Below are positions 43,504 through 53,296 of a stretch of 64,000 nt of DNA, one piece after another. The notes beneath the pieces were generated by a model. It had not been told where the DNA came from. It ran no database searches and saw only the letters and a program-made list of their open reading frames with translations. Numbering within the stretch: the stretch's first letter is position 1; the number at the start of each line of letters is the position of its first letter. The translations under genes were made by a program, and so were the position numbers. Source of the stretch: Candidatus Rariloculaceae bacterium. GTDB taxonomy: Bacteria > Pseudomonadota > Gammaproteobacteria > Steroidobacterales > Rariloculaceae. The stretch spans positions 4,312 to 68,311 of the forward strand of contig JBJKYM010000021.1 in NCBI GenBank assembly GCA_045561025.1, read 5' to 3'.

Positions 43504-44780
43504 TCTTCACTGAGCGGCGCTGCGATGCCGACGCCCGTCAAGCGTTCAATTTCAATAACAACCTGGTGTGCGCCGATATTGGCTTCGAGCAGCTCGTTGT
43601 TGGCTGCAAGCAGATCCGCGAGCACAGTGCTCCACTCGAAATAGCTGTAACGTCCAAGCTCGTAGGCTCTGCGCGTATCGGCGAGCGCGCTCTCGATACT
43701 GGGTATGACATCCGCCTCGAGACGGGCAGCGGTCTGCGTGAAGTGTCGTAACTCCTGCCAGAGCACGAACAGCATCGTCTCGACGCGAACCCGGGCAGCA
43801 TGGGCTTCCGCATCGGTTCGCGCTCGGTTCGCACGTGCGGCAGCTATGCGCCCTTCATTCTTGTTGCCCATTGTTATCGGTATGGAGACGCCACCAACGA
43901 ATGCGAATTCATCGACAACGTCGAGGTGGCGTACGCCGCCGTAGACGGTCCAGCCCGGTTTCGCCTGCGCCTCGGCAAGCAACAGCTGCGCTTCGTAAAG
44001 ACGCTGCTCCGACATGTAGCGCAACAGCTCCGGGTTCTGGTTCGCTCTCGCCACAAGCGACTCAACGGGCTCCATGACGGGAAGCACGCCAAGATCTCCG
44101 CTGACCGAGCCGAATGCTGGTCGAGTTTCTCCCCACTGCGCGCTCAGCCGGTAGTAGGCGGATATCAACTCGTGTTGGTAGTCCTCCTGAACGAGCTCCG
44201 CTCGTGCGAGCTCAGCCTCGGCGCGCGACAACTCGGCATCGAGCGCCCTGCCGGCGGCGATCCGTACCTCCACGGCGGCAATAATTTCCCGTGCGAAACG
44301 CACGCCATCGATAGCCGTCTGCAAACGATCCTGAAACGCCATGCACGCGACAAAACGGCGCGCGGTTTCGGCCGCGACATCGAGTCTGGCAATCTCCGCG
44401 TCGGTTCTGCTCATCTCCACAGCCGCATTAGCGGCATCGACCCGATTCTCTCGGACGCCACGTTCCAATACCCAGGCGAGCGAGATAGTCAGGCTGGCGG
44501 GATTGGCAGTCTCGTAATCACCCGTGCCGAAGACATCCTGGAGCGCAATATCGAGCTGCGGATACGGCTTCAGATCGGCCTGCAGCAGCAAGCCCTGAGC
44601 CGCCTCAGTCTGATAGCCGAATGCAATGAGCTCGGGATTCTGCGATATCGCCTTTGCGAGCGCCGTTGGCAGAGCGACAGGCGGTCCCGACAGCGACAGG
44701 TCGTCCTGCGCCACAGTCGTCGCCGCGAATATCGTCAGGCTAAGGCACGCGAATACCCGGCGTGCGTGTAGACCCCACAT
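43500..44780 (-). CDS. czcC: TolC-family outer-membrane efflux protein
   Basis: Signal peptide, two NPEL repeats, GVSIP...NEG.I, AYELGRYSY.E; overlaps the czcB start. Confidence 0.9.
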
Positions 44781-44889
44781 AGAACAGATCTCCTGTAACC
44801 GATCAGCCTCCGTACCGTTGAGATACGGATAGACTGAAGTACGCGCTCAATGAGCGCAGTGCTGAGTCGAAAGACTCGGTATTTAGGAG
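44781..44889 (-). promoter_or_regulatory. Predicted multibranch mRNA structure sequestering the czcC Shine-Dalgarno
   Basis: Nested pairs CUCCU/AGGAG, ACCGA/UCGGU and UCAGC/GCUGA, plus hairpins GUC/GAC, GCGCUC/GAGCGC and UCCGUA/UACGGA. Confidence 0.7.
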
Positions 44890-45305
44890 GCGAGCGGGGG
44901 CGCGCGCAAAGGAGGTCGCCAATGCTCGTGACGCCCGAGCGGGCGCAGAACGGCGGCGACAGGAGAAAGCGTATCGGCCGGGCGAAGTACCATCAGCAGG
45001 AACAGCGCGAGCGCGATCAGATCAAGTGGCAGCTTCGACAGCGCGGTGTTGAGATCGAAGATCGAGATATCGATCTCGGTCGTATGGCCCTGGCCAGCGG
45101 CGTGCTCATGCGAGGCATGTTCATGGGCGGCCGGAGCATTATCGTGGTGTGCGGCTGAATCGTGGTGATGCGCGTCATGCAGGTGCGTGCCTTCCGGCGT
45201 ACCCGCAAAACCCTCAGCATCCACATGCATGTGCAGCCCGCTGGCCTGAATCGCAACCAGGCTAAGGCAGGCAAGCAACATCAACGATGTCGAGAAACGG
45301 CGCAT
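44883..45305 (-). CDS. His-rich leader protein with a C-terminal RAPP motif (CzcI/DUF2946-like position)
   Basis: N-terminal hydrophobic signal, 16 His, second hydrophobic helix, ends HEHWRPPLRAPPLAS*. Confidence 0.85.
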   Translation of the reverse strand: MRRFSTSLMLLACLSLVAIQASGLHMHVDAEGFAGTPEGTHLHDAHHHDSAAHHDNAPAAHEHASHEHAAGQGHTTEIDISIFDLNTALSKLPLDLIALALFLLMVLRPADTLSPVAAVLRPLGRHEHWRPPLRAPPLAS

Positions 45306-45374
45306 ATTCTCAGTATATCAGGCAAAAATGGCCAATTTCTGTGTCGGAAAACCGAAATTGGGCCGCGAATTCCC

Positions 45375-46715
45375 CTATATCTGCGACAGGCGGGTAACTG
45401 CCGAGACATCGGCGGCCGAATCGAGGCCCCAGACGGCCGCCTCGAGGTCTTCGACCTGCTGCTGCGGCAACACCTCACCCGCGAGTTCACGATATTTAGT
45501 CGTCAGCGCCTCATCCGACATCGGTCTCGTCGGCGAGCCGGTCGCGTGCTCAATATGCTTCTCGAGCGACGTGCCGTCGGTGAGTACAATGGTGAGATAG
45601 ACCTCTTCTTCCCGCACCGACTCATCAACGGTAGCCGAGACTTTCGCTCGGACACCGGCGATGACCGGGTCCTGCACTTTTTCATCGGAGAACTGCGCGT
45701 CGTGGCCGGCGCCATCAACAAGGGCTGCAGCCGCACAGTGCTGGAACGAGAACTTGCCTTCGAGGCCGACGCGAGGCTCGGCGCGATTCATCAACTCGAT
45801 GACGAGCGGATGAACCCGCGCTTTGATCGACTCGATCTGGTCGGCTTTCAGTGAGTGTTCGTTGCGCAGTTCGATAACGGCCTGCTGAATCGGATGAGAG
45901 ACGATGCCATTGGCGAATGGCTTCAGGCCGTTCATCCTGAATTCCCAGCGCTCACCGAAGTCGCCGAGTAACGCATCCTCGGAATGTCCATCCGCCGAAT
46001 GCACGGCCCAGAAACCACGACGGCCGGCAATAATGTCGTCGCCACCCATGAAGCCGTGCTGCGCCCAGGTCGCGGCGCGAAGCCCATTCTCCGCCGCATG
46101 TCCGGCATGCAACGGCTTACCGTGCGTACCGAAAACTTCGCGCACGCCGGCAGCAAGCGTACCGGCAACACCGAGTGCATTGGTTAACTGGCTGGTATCG
46201 AGTCCGGTAAGCCGAGCGCTACCGGCAGCGGCACCGAATACACCTGCGGTTCCTGTGATATGCCAGCCCTGATCGTAGTGCCAGGGATGTACGGAGATGG
46301 CGACGCGGCATGCTATCTCCGCACCCAGCACGAAAGCGGCCAGCGTGTCGCGACCCGACGTTCCCGCTCGTTCGCTAAGGGCCAGTACCGCAGGCCAGAC
46401 CGGTGCTGTCGGATGCAGAATGGTCGGGAAATGCGTGTCGTCGTAGTCCTGAAGGTGGCAGAGAAAGCCATTGACCAGCGCGGCGTTGCTGGCCGAAGTC
46501 TTCAGCTTCGTGCCGATTACGGAGGCCTGCTCGGAAGAAGCTTCCTCTCGCGCCCAGTCGAGCATGATGCCCGCGCCCTCCGATCTGGAGGCCGACAGGC
46601 TAATCGCGAACATATTGAGCAGCGTTCGCTTCGCTTCATGCATTGACCAGGCGGGTAACGCAGCAGCGTCGGTCGACACGACAAACTCTGCCAGCGACTG
46701 GGTGACAGTCTTCAT
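45375..46715 (-). CDS. MmgE/PrpD family protein
   Basis: ALVNG..CHLQDYDDTH...HP, GWHITGT, KPLHAG, KPFA....SH, EGKFS, GSP.RPMS. Confidence 0.93.
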   Translation of the reverse strand: MKTVTQSLAEFVVSTDAAALPAWSMHEAKRTLLNMFAISLSASRSEGAGIMLDWAREEASSEQASVIGTKLKTSASNAALVNGFLCHLQDYDDTHFPTILHPTAPVWPAVLALSERAGTSGRDTLAAFVLGAEIACRVAISVHPWHYDQGWHITGTAGVFGAAAGSARLTGLDTSQLTNALGVAGTLAAGVREVFGTHGKPLHAGHAAENGLRAATWAQHGFMGGDDIIAGRRGFWAVHSADGHSEDALLGDFGERWEFRMNGLKPFANGIVSHPIQQAVIELRNEHSLKADQIESIKARVHPLVIELMNRAEPRVGLEGKFSFQHCAAAALVDGAGHDAQFSDEKVQDPVIAGVRAKVSATVDESVREEEVYLTIVLTDGTSLEKHIEHATGSPTRPMSDEALTTKYRELAGEVLPQQQVEDLEAAVWGLDSAADVSAVTRLSQI

Positions 46716-46761
46716 ATTCGTCCCAAGAGATAACTCCGTAAGAGTCCGTATTATGCATGGC

Positions 46762-47034
46762 ATGGTAGGATCGCGAAATTCAGCTACGGACAACCGGACG
46801 GACGACGACTACCCACGCTTCCGTTCACACTACCGGCCACGAACACGCGATGGCTGGATCGCGGTTATCTCATTTCTCCTGCTGTTCGCGCTCACGCAGC
46901 CGCCTTTCGTTCATGTTGTCGCCAACCGGATCACGCCCTGGATACTCGGATTAACGTTTCTGTACGCGTATTTACTCTTTTTATATATCGCGTTAATCGG
47001 TGTCCTGATCTGGGCACAGCGGCGGGGCGTGTAG
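46762..47034 (+). CDS. Small 2-TM protein (DUF3311-like symporter partner)
   Basis: ..QPPFVHVVANRITPWILGLTFLYAY..; stop abuts the ATG of the symporter. Confidence 0.75.
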   Translation: MVGSRNSATDNRTDDDYPRFRSHYRPRTRDGWIAVISFLLLFALTQPPFVHVVANRITPWILGLTFLYAYLLFLYIALIGVLIWAQRRGV

Positions 47035-48534
47035 ATGGAAGTCTGGGTTGTCTCGACTGGCCTGCTCTTCTCTTACCTGGGCATCACGGTGATTGTCGGT
47101 ATCACCTCTAACCGGCGTCTCTCGACGAGCCTTGAAGATTTTCTACTCTACGGCCGCAAGACCGGCTTCGTGGTGCTTTACCTGACCGTCGTCGCGACAT
47201 TTCACTCAGCGTTTGCTTTTCTCGGCTCCAGTGGCTTCTTCTATACGCATGGCATCGGCTTCTGGGTCGCCGGATCGTGGACCGCACTGGTTGGCGCCAT
47301 CACTTACGTATTGGGCAGCCGAATCTGGGCGCTCGGCAAACGCTTCGGTTACTTCACGCCAGCCGACATGCTTGCCGACTTCTACGAGAGCGAAGCCATA
47401 CGTGTCGTCGTGGCCGTCGTGTCTGTGGGTTTCACTATTCTTTATATACAGGTGCAGTCGCGCGGACTCGGCTACATTCTCTCAGTCGCATCGGATGGGC
47501 GAATCTCGTTCGAACTCGGCACGCTGATCCTGCTCTTCGTCGCGGCAGGCTATCTGATTGCCGGCGGCCTGCGCGCTGTCTACTGGACCGATGTGCTGCA
47601 GGGCGCGTGGATGTATGTGGCGGTCTGGGCCGGCGCACTGCTTCTGACTTATCAGTTGTTCGGTGGACCGCTTGCCCTGTGGAGACGGGTCGCCGTCGAG
47701 CGACCCGATCTCTTCACAGTACCCGGCCCCGAGGGTTTCTTTACTCCGGGCATGTGGGTCGGTTTCATGGTTCTGTTCTCTTTCGGAATCATCTTCCAGA
47801 CCCACCTGATGATCCGCTACTACACGGCTGCCTCGGCCGCGACGATCAAATGGCTTGGCGCCACGACGCCCATATTCCTGATGACGCTCTATATCCCGGC
47901 GGCACTTATCGGGCTCGGGGGCGCATTAGCAATACCCTATATAGAAATCGCGGACCGTATCTTTCCGGAGATGCTGTTCAACTACGCGCCCGCCTGGCTA
48001 ACCGGCATCATCCTCGCCGGAGCGACCGCCGCTGCGATGTCTACGCTCGACTCTATTTTGCACGCGAACATGACAGTACTTACCCGCGACGTTTATCAAC
48101 GTTACATCGCACCGGATGCAACTCAGGGCCACTACATACTGGTTGGCCGCGTGATGGTTCTCGGGCTACTCGTGATCGGTTATCTGCTGACCGTTAATAC
48201 GTTCGAGTTTCTTGTCGTGCTGGTTGCGCTCTCAGGCGCGGGGTCGTTGCAGCTCATGCCGGAAATTCTCGGTGTGTGTTTTCCGACGCCGAGGGTGTTC
48301 ACGCGCAATGGCGTACTCGCCGGCATTGCTGCGGGCATGGCGACACTTTATCTAACACTGTTCGTGGTCCCTCATCCTTTGGATATGCACGCCGGTATCT
48401 GGTCGGTACTCGTAAACTTTGCCGTAACAATCGCCGTATCACGAGTAACGCGACCGCCCTCGGCTGCAACGGTATGGCGAATTCACGGTGAACTCGAGCG
48501 CTTCGTCTACGGCGATGAGGCGCGGAGAGGCTGA
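47035..48534 (+). CDS. Sodium:solute symporter family protein
   Basis: FLLYGR, ATFHSAFAFLG, GGLRAVYWTDVLQG, AAAMSTLDS. Confidence 0.93.
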   Translation: MEVWVVSTGLLFSYLGITVIVGITSNRRLSTSLEDFLLYGRKTGFVVLYLTVVATFHSAFAFLGSSGFFYTHGIGFWVAGSWTALVGAITYVLGSRIWALGKRFGYFTPADMLADFYESEAIRVVVAVVSVGFTILYIQVQSRGLGYILSVASDGRISFELGTLILLFVAAGYLIAGGLRAVYWTDVLQGAWMYVAVWAGALLLTYQLFGGPLALWRRVAVERPDLFTVPGPEGFFTPGMWVGFMVLFSFGIIFQTHLMIRYYTAASAATIKWLGATTPIFLMTLYIPAALIGLGGALAIPYIEIADRIFPEMLFNYAPAWLTGIILAGATAAAMSTLDSILHANMTVLTRDVYQRYIAPDATQGHYILVGRVMVLGLLVIGYLLTVNTFEFLVVLVALSGAGSLQLMPEILGVCFPTPRVFTRNGVLAGIAAGMATLYLTLFVVPHPLDMHAGIWSVLVNFAVTIAVSRVTRPPSAATVWRIHGELERFVYGDEARRG

Positions 48535-48968
48535 TGACGATTGAGGTTCGTATCGCTGATTTCGAGAAAGAACAGGAGTTTCTGCGTCTGATCCGATTTA
48601 TGGTATTCGTCGAAGAGCAGCAGGTGCCGGCGGAGATGGAGATGGATGATGAAGATTTAGTCTGCATCCATGTACTCGCACTATACGAAGGCGAACCCGT
48701 CGGCACGGGACGTATCGACATCGGCAAGGCCGGCAAGATAGGTCGCGTCGCAGTTCTCAGCTCAAGGCGCCGGCAGGGGGTCGGTGAGGCAGTGATGACG
48801 TTGCTGCACGATCTTGCGCGGCAGAACGCACTTGCCGGCGTCTGGTGCAACGCACAGGTATCGGCTGTACCGTTCTATGAGAATCTGGGGTATCGCGTCA
48901 CGAGTGCAGAACCCTTCGATGAGGCGGGCATTCCGCATCTGCGGATGGAATACGACTGCTCGTCCTGA
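48534..48968 (+). CDS. GNAT N-acetyltransferase (ElaA/YjcF-like)
   Basis: IR..VFVEEQQVP..E.D, IGRVAV..RRQGVG, NAQ..AVPFY..LGY, FDEAGIPH. Confidence 0.93.
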   Translation: MTIEVRIADFEKEQEFLRLIRFMVFVEEQQVPAEMEMDDEDLVCIHVLALYEGEPVGTGRIDIGKAGKIGRVAVLSSRRRQGVGEAVMTLLHDLARQNALAGVWCNAQVSAVPFYENLGYRVTSAEPFDEAGIPHLRMEYDCSS

Positions 48969-49026
48969 ACTGGGTAGAATCGGGGGATTGGCATCGACAG
49001 AACCTAGTTCCTGTAAGAGGGAGGCG

Positions 49027-50025
49027 ATGATGAGATCGATCGTTGAGCGGTCTGGCGTAGCGCTCGCAACACTCTTGATCATGCTACCCGCGGTGGCGCA
49101 TCACAGCCGTTCCGTATTCGATCGGGATCGCGTCGTTACGATTGAGGGTGTCGTGACCGAGTACGAGTGGGCTAATCCGCACGTCACTGTATTCGTCGAG
49201 ACAACGAGCGATTCGGGCGATGCCGTCGTCTGGGCGTTCGAGGGCGGTGCGACCACGTACCAGAAAGGCCGGGGATGGACGAGCGACATGCTCGCTCCCG
49301 GCGACCATGTCATCGTCGAGGGCAATCCTCTGCGGGCTGCCGACGCGACGACCGCGGATGTTATTTCGGTCCGAAGAGCAGGCGTTGCCGCAATGCCGGA
49401 GGGGAGCGAACCCGAAGTCTTTCGAGCCGATGGCCTATCCGGGATCTGGTTTATTCCCCAGAACGCCTCGCATAGAAAATTCTCTACGCCTTCTTCCTAC
49501 CCCTGGTCTTTTACACCCGGGGGTGCTGACGCTTTCGCGACCTACGATGACAGGACGATGAATCCACAGAACGAGTGCGGTGCCCGTACGGCTCCGTGGC
49601 TCATGACCTGGGGCGTATTCAGCATCGAGGTGGGTGACCGCCTGACGTTCATTCGCACGGAGTTCGATACCGTAGAGCGAACTGTTTATATGGACGCCAT
49701 GTCTCACGACGGTACTGCCGTCACGACGCAGGGTCACTCGATCGGCCGGTGGGAGGACGACGTTCTGGTTATCGACACGACTCATTTCTCCGATCACCGC
49801 ATCGGCAACGGTCGAGGCATACCGTCAGGCACGCAGAAACACCTCGTCGAACGCTTCGAGTTGAACGCCGACGCAACAGGACTAACATACCACTTCGAAC
49901 TTGAGGATCCGGAGTATCTGTCCTCTCCGACCTCAGGCGCGCTGCCGGCGGCGTATCGACCGGATCTCGGCTTCGAATCTATAACGTGCGACCCGGAGGT
50001 TGCACGGCGGTTTCTGGATGAATAG
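49027..50025 (+). CDS. DUF6152-like exported two-domain protein (paralogue 3)
   Basis: AVA|HHS..FD, EWANPH; RTVYMD, GHSIGRWEDD.LVIDT, ERFEL, DPEYL, CDPE. Confidence 0.8.
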   Translation: MMRSIVERSGVALATLLIMLPAVAHHSRSVFDRDRVVTIEGVVTEYEWANPHVTVFVETTSDSGDAVVWAFEGGATTYQKGRGWTSDMLAPGDHVIVEGNPLRAADATTADVISVRRAGVAAMPEGSEPEVFRADGLSGIWFIPQNASHRKFSTPSSYPWSFTPGGADAFATYDDRTMNPQNECGARTAPWLMTWGVFSIEVGDRLTFIRTEFDTVERTVYMDAMSHDGTAVTTQGHSIGRWEDDVLVIDTTHFSDHRIGNGRGIPSGTQKHLVERFELNADATGLTYHFELEDPEYLSSPTSGALPAAYRPDLGFESITCDPEVARRFLDE

Positions 50026-50080
50026 TTAAACGTCTTCTTCTAGGCAGAAGCTGGAACGAGGACGAGATAGAACTCAGCAA

Positions 50081-50866
50081 ATGCAGACCTCCAGAACGAC
50101 AAATAGTTTCATCTTCGTCCTGATGGCGGCGCTACTTATCGCTACGGCGATCGCGAGTTTCGCGCCGACGTCTCTTGCCCTGGTTTCTCGCGTATTTTCC
50201 GGCGAGCAAGCTGCGCCGCCGGCGGTTGTGCATTTTCATGCGGTGTCGATGACGCTGTGGCTGCTGTTGTTGTTGACGCAGTCCGTACTTGTATCAAAGC
50301 AGCGAGTGGATATTCACAGAAAGCTGGGCATCGCCTCCCTGGTCCTGGCCCCCTGCATTCTGATCTCGATGGTCGGCATGGATCTCTATGGCGTAGATAC
50401 GTTTAACCCCCGGACTACTGTCGTTACATCCGGGGTTATTCCACCGGAAGAACTCGCTCAGCTAAAACAGTATGCATCTTCGATACTGGTCATCCATGGA
50501 GCGAGCTACCTGCTGTTCCCGGCCTTCTATATCTGGGCGATTCGTGTTCGCCGAACAGATAATGAAACGCACAAGCGACTGATAATTCTGGCGACGCTGG
50601 TAGTGATGATTCCCGGGCTTGGGCGCCTGCTGTCGATCACCCGGGTTATCCCGGATTTCGGCTTGAGTATTATCGACGCGAGACATTTCTACCTGTTGGC
50701 ACTCATCGTACCGGCCGTTGTATACGACATTGCTAAACGGCATGCGCTGGACCGCGCTTATGTGGTTGGGCTCTCTCTGCTTGGCGCGTGGATGGTCGCG
50801 GCGCACTTTCTCTGGACGTCTCCCTGGTGGCGGGAGAACTCTCCGATCCTACTCGGTATCTCGTGA
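50081..50866 (+). CDS. Hypothetical multi-pass membrane protein
   Basis: About 7 TM; HFHA...LW..L...Q, HRKLG, HKRL motifs. Confidence 0.8.
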   Translation: MQTSRTTNSFIFVLMAALLIATAIASFAPTSLALVSRVFSGEQAAPPAVVHFHAVSMTLWLLLLLTQSVLVSKQRVDIHRKLGIASLVLAPCILISMVGMDLYGVDTFNPRTTVVTSGVIPPEELAQLKQYASSILVIHGASYLLFPAFYIWAIRVRRTDNETHKRLIILATLVVMIPGLGRLLSITRVIPDFGLSIIDARHFYLLALIVPAVVYDIAKRHALDRAYVVGLSLLGAWMVAAHFLWTSPWWRENSPILLGIS

Positions 50867-50937
50867 AACGGAATGGCCGCTGCTCTCCGATATCAGCCGC
50901 GTACCCGCTGGAAGGGTCTAAGGTATAACGTTTTCGT

Positions 50938-50982
50938 GACCTAGAAGTTATAGGCATAATGATACCTAGATATAGTAGGTAT
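50938..50982. promoter_or_regulatory. Tandem PadR-type operator palindromes
   Basis: ATACCTA-N7-TAGGTAT (50962-50982) and a degenerate CCTA-N7-TAGG copy (50940-50954) just before padR. Confidence 0.7.
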
Positions 50983-50987
50983 TAGTC

Positions 50988-51323
50988 ATGGCGAAACCAA
51001 ACCCACCGTTCATGAGCGGCGTCCCGGAATTTCTGGTTCTCCGGTTGTTGGTGCAACGAGAGATGTACGGGTATGAACTGGTCAGATCGATTCGCCAAAC
51101 CTCCAATGAAGCCATCAGCCTTGCGGAGGGTGTTGTCTACCCGGCGCTTCATTCGCTTGAGCAACGAGGCGCACTTCGCTCGAAAGAAAAAACCGTCGAT
51201 GGCCGTGCTCGCGTGTACTACCGGTTAACACCGAAAGGACAACGCCGATTGAGCGCCCTTTCTGAAGAATAGGACAGGGTAAGCGGCGGTATTTCTTCAG
51301 TGTTGGGAGGAGCTCATGCCTGA
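50988..51323 (+). pseudogene. PadR-family regulator with a premature stop
   Basis: MYGYEL, EG..YPALH.LE..G, R.YY.LT.KG. TAG at 51270-51272 where Trp is expected; the frame continues DRVSGGISSVLGGAHA* and overlaps the next ATG. Confidence 0.85.
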
Positions 51324-52024
51324 GTCGAACTACAAAACTATCGAGAAACGTCTGCTGAAGGGTGGTGTCGCGTGGAAGCATGTGCGGCGAACCATTCGCG
51401 AGTTGCACCACCACTACCTGGACCTTGTGGCAAAGGCCGAAGCCGACGGTGAATTTCCGGACGATACTGAGATGCTCGCGAAGCAGCGGCTCGGTACCGA
51501 GGATCAAATCGTTCGGGAGGTTCTTAGTCGTCCGGAATTGAAGTCATTGGCTCACAGAGTGCCGTGGCTGATCCTATGGCGTGGGACCAGTTCTAGTGTA
51601 TGTAGCAATGCTCGCGTTGATCACTGTACCGCTGGAGATCGGTTTGAACATTGCAGAACAGTAGTTCTCCCGAGAAGATGTCATCAGCGTAATGAACGCG
51701 CCCTGAATTCGATTTATTGTCGAACACTTCACGGTCATGATCATTCACCCCCTGGCCATCGGCATCGGCGTTAGTTTCTGCTACGTCGCTGCGAGGCACG
51801 ACGTTGCCGTGATCTGGCCGACTATAGGCTTGCTGCTCATCGCCTTCTTCGGCAGTGGTTTTAATACCCACTTCTACTTCCCAACGACAGTAAACGAAAC
51901 TGCCTCTATCGGCGGCGGCTTTGGCATCTATCCGGCCATACTGATTCAGGGCGCTCTGGCCAGCTTCGGGCTGCTGGGAACCTATTTCTGGTGGCGACAC
52001 AGGCGCCAGCACAGTCCTGAGTAG
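51316..52024 (+). pseudogene. PadR-associated membrane protein, disrupted
   Basis: RRTIRELHHHY.DL....A.QRLG N-terminus; frameshift near 51575, then two in-frame stops (AEQ*FSR, NAP*IRF) before MIIHPL. Confidence 0.75.
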
Positions 52025-52068
52025 GCTTTCGCCCGCGCAGCACTAAGGCATCGCCTGTGAACCGCCAG

Positions 52069-53160
52069 TTATTCTTTTATGTGCCGGCCAGCCGCCTGCG
52101 GGTCGCACCCGTAGTTGTCCTGGAACGGATAACCCACATCGAGTGCCAGCGTCGTGGTCAGAGAGACCGGCTCGGTCAGATAAACAGGATCCTCGATCGT
52201 GTAGCTGATCTCCATTCGTCGCCCTTCCTCCGTCAGCGTCAGTCGCTCTAACAGATGCTTCTCGGCACTCGAGGATACGCCGCTCCCGATACCCCACTCT
52301 GCTGCCGTGAAGTAAGCGGTGTCGACGACCAGCGTCTCTCCTTCGAACCAGCCGATTGAGTGACCGAGTTGAGAGAGCACCGTATCGGCCGGATGTTCGG
52401 TCTGGCCTAAGTGAATCACACGCTCGACGTCATTGATCTCGTGTCGAATCACGATCCTGTCGTTATACCGAGTGAATCGGTGCGCGCCCACACCGGAGTA
52501 GAGCCACGGGGGGGTCTTGGAAATACAGCGAAACCAGGGATTGTCCTCTACGTTCCAACCATCGAGTTCGGCCTGGCCAAGCACCGTCAATGGCAGACCA
52601 GTTGCTGCATTCTGTCCGCCCAAAGAGGGGCCTGCGGGAGCACCACCGCCCATACCCATGCCCATTCCGCCGAAGCCGAAAGGACCGCCGAGCGATACCC
52701 AGATCCCGCTGAAGTCCTCGGAAGTAGCCGTCGTATCGACCTGCCGTCGTTCAGTCTGCGGTATCGAAGCGGGCGCGCTCCCCGGTGCTGAAGCCATCGT
52801 GCTGCCGTCCGGCAGCAGCCAGTAATTCGAGTAATACAGATTCTTATCAGGGTCTTTATCTGCGTTGGCGAAAACCGTCACTTTATCGCCCACGCTGAGG
52901 GTATCGCGCGTCCAACCGGCACGGTTCAGGACTGAGATCGAGTTCAGCTCCATCAGCAGTTCTCGCGTCTCAACGGACTCGTTCTCGACGGCCACCGTTA
53001 CAAAGGTGTGCGGATTTCGCCAGCTGTACTCGGTAATGACACCCTGAAACTCGTGCAGGGTCTCAAGGTCGAAGTTGTTGCGCGAATGGTGGGCCCACAC
53101 AGTCGTGGTCAATCCGGCAGCGAGCACAACGGCTACTGGCAACGGTCGCAGAGGTGTCAT
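52069..53160 (-). CDS. DUF6152-like exported two-domain protein (paralogue 4)
   Basis: VWA|HHS..FD, SWRNPH, GWTRDTL; NPWFRC, GHSIGWFEG.TLVVDT, ERLTL, DPVYL, GCDP. Confidence 0.8.
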   Translation of the reverse strand: MTPLRPLPVAVVLAAGLTTTVWAHHSRNNFDLETLHEFQGVITEYSWRNPHTFVTVAVENESVETRELLMELNSISVLNRAGWTRDTLSVGDKVTVFANADKDPDKNLYYSNYWLLPDGSTMASAPGSAPASIPQTERRQVDTTATSEDFSGIWVSLGGPFGFGGMGMGMGGGAPAGPSLGGQNAATGLPLTVLGQAELDGWNVEDNPWFRCISKTPPWLYSGVGAHRFTRYNDRIVIRHEINDVERVIHLGQTEHPADTVLSQLGHSIGWFEGETLVVDTAYFTAAEWGIGSGVSSSAEKHLLERLTLTEEGRRMEISYTIEDPVYLTEPVSLTTTLALDVGYPFQDNYGCDPQAAGRHIKE

Positions 53161-53296
53161 CGGTAGTATCCCATGATCCTGTTGGGTCGGCGCTAGGGTC
53201 TAATGAGTAGTCTAACGACTGAGAGGTCGGTTTAACTCGGCCGAGTCTTTAGAAAGCTTAAGACCCGACTGCGTTAATATCTCTAGATAAAGCAGG

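Noticed and set aside
43800-44771. Long alternative ORFs (e.g. 43800-44771 +, 47277-48197 +, 53369-54184 -, 59485-60333 -, 30136-30951 +)
   Set aside because: Antisense or off-frame shadows of well-supported genes in GC-rich DNA, with no recognisable motifs.
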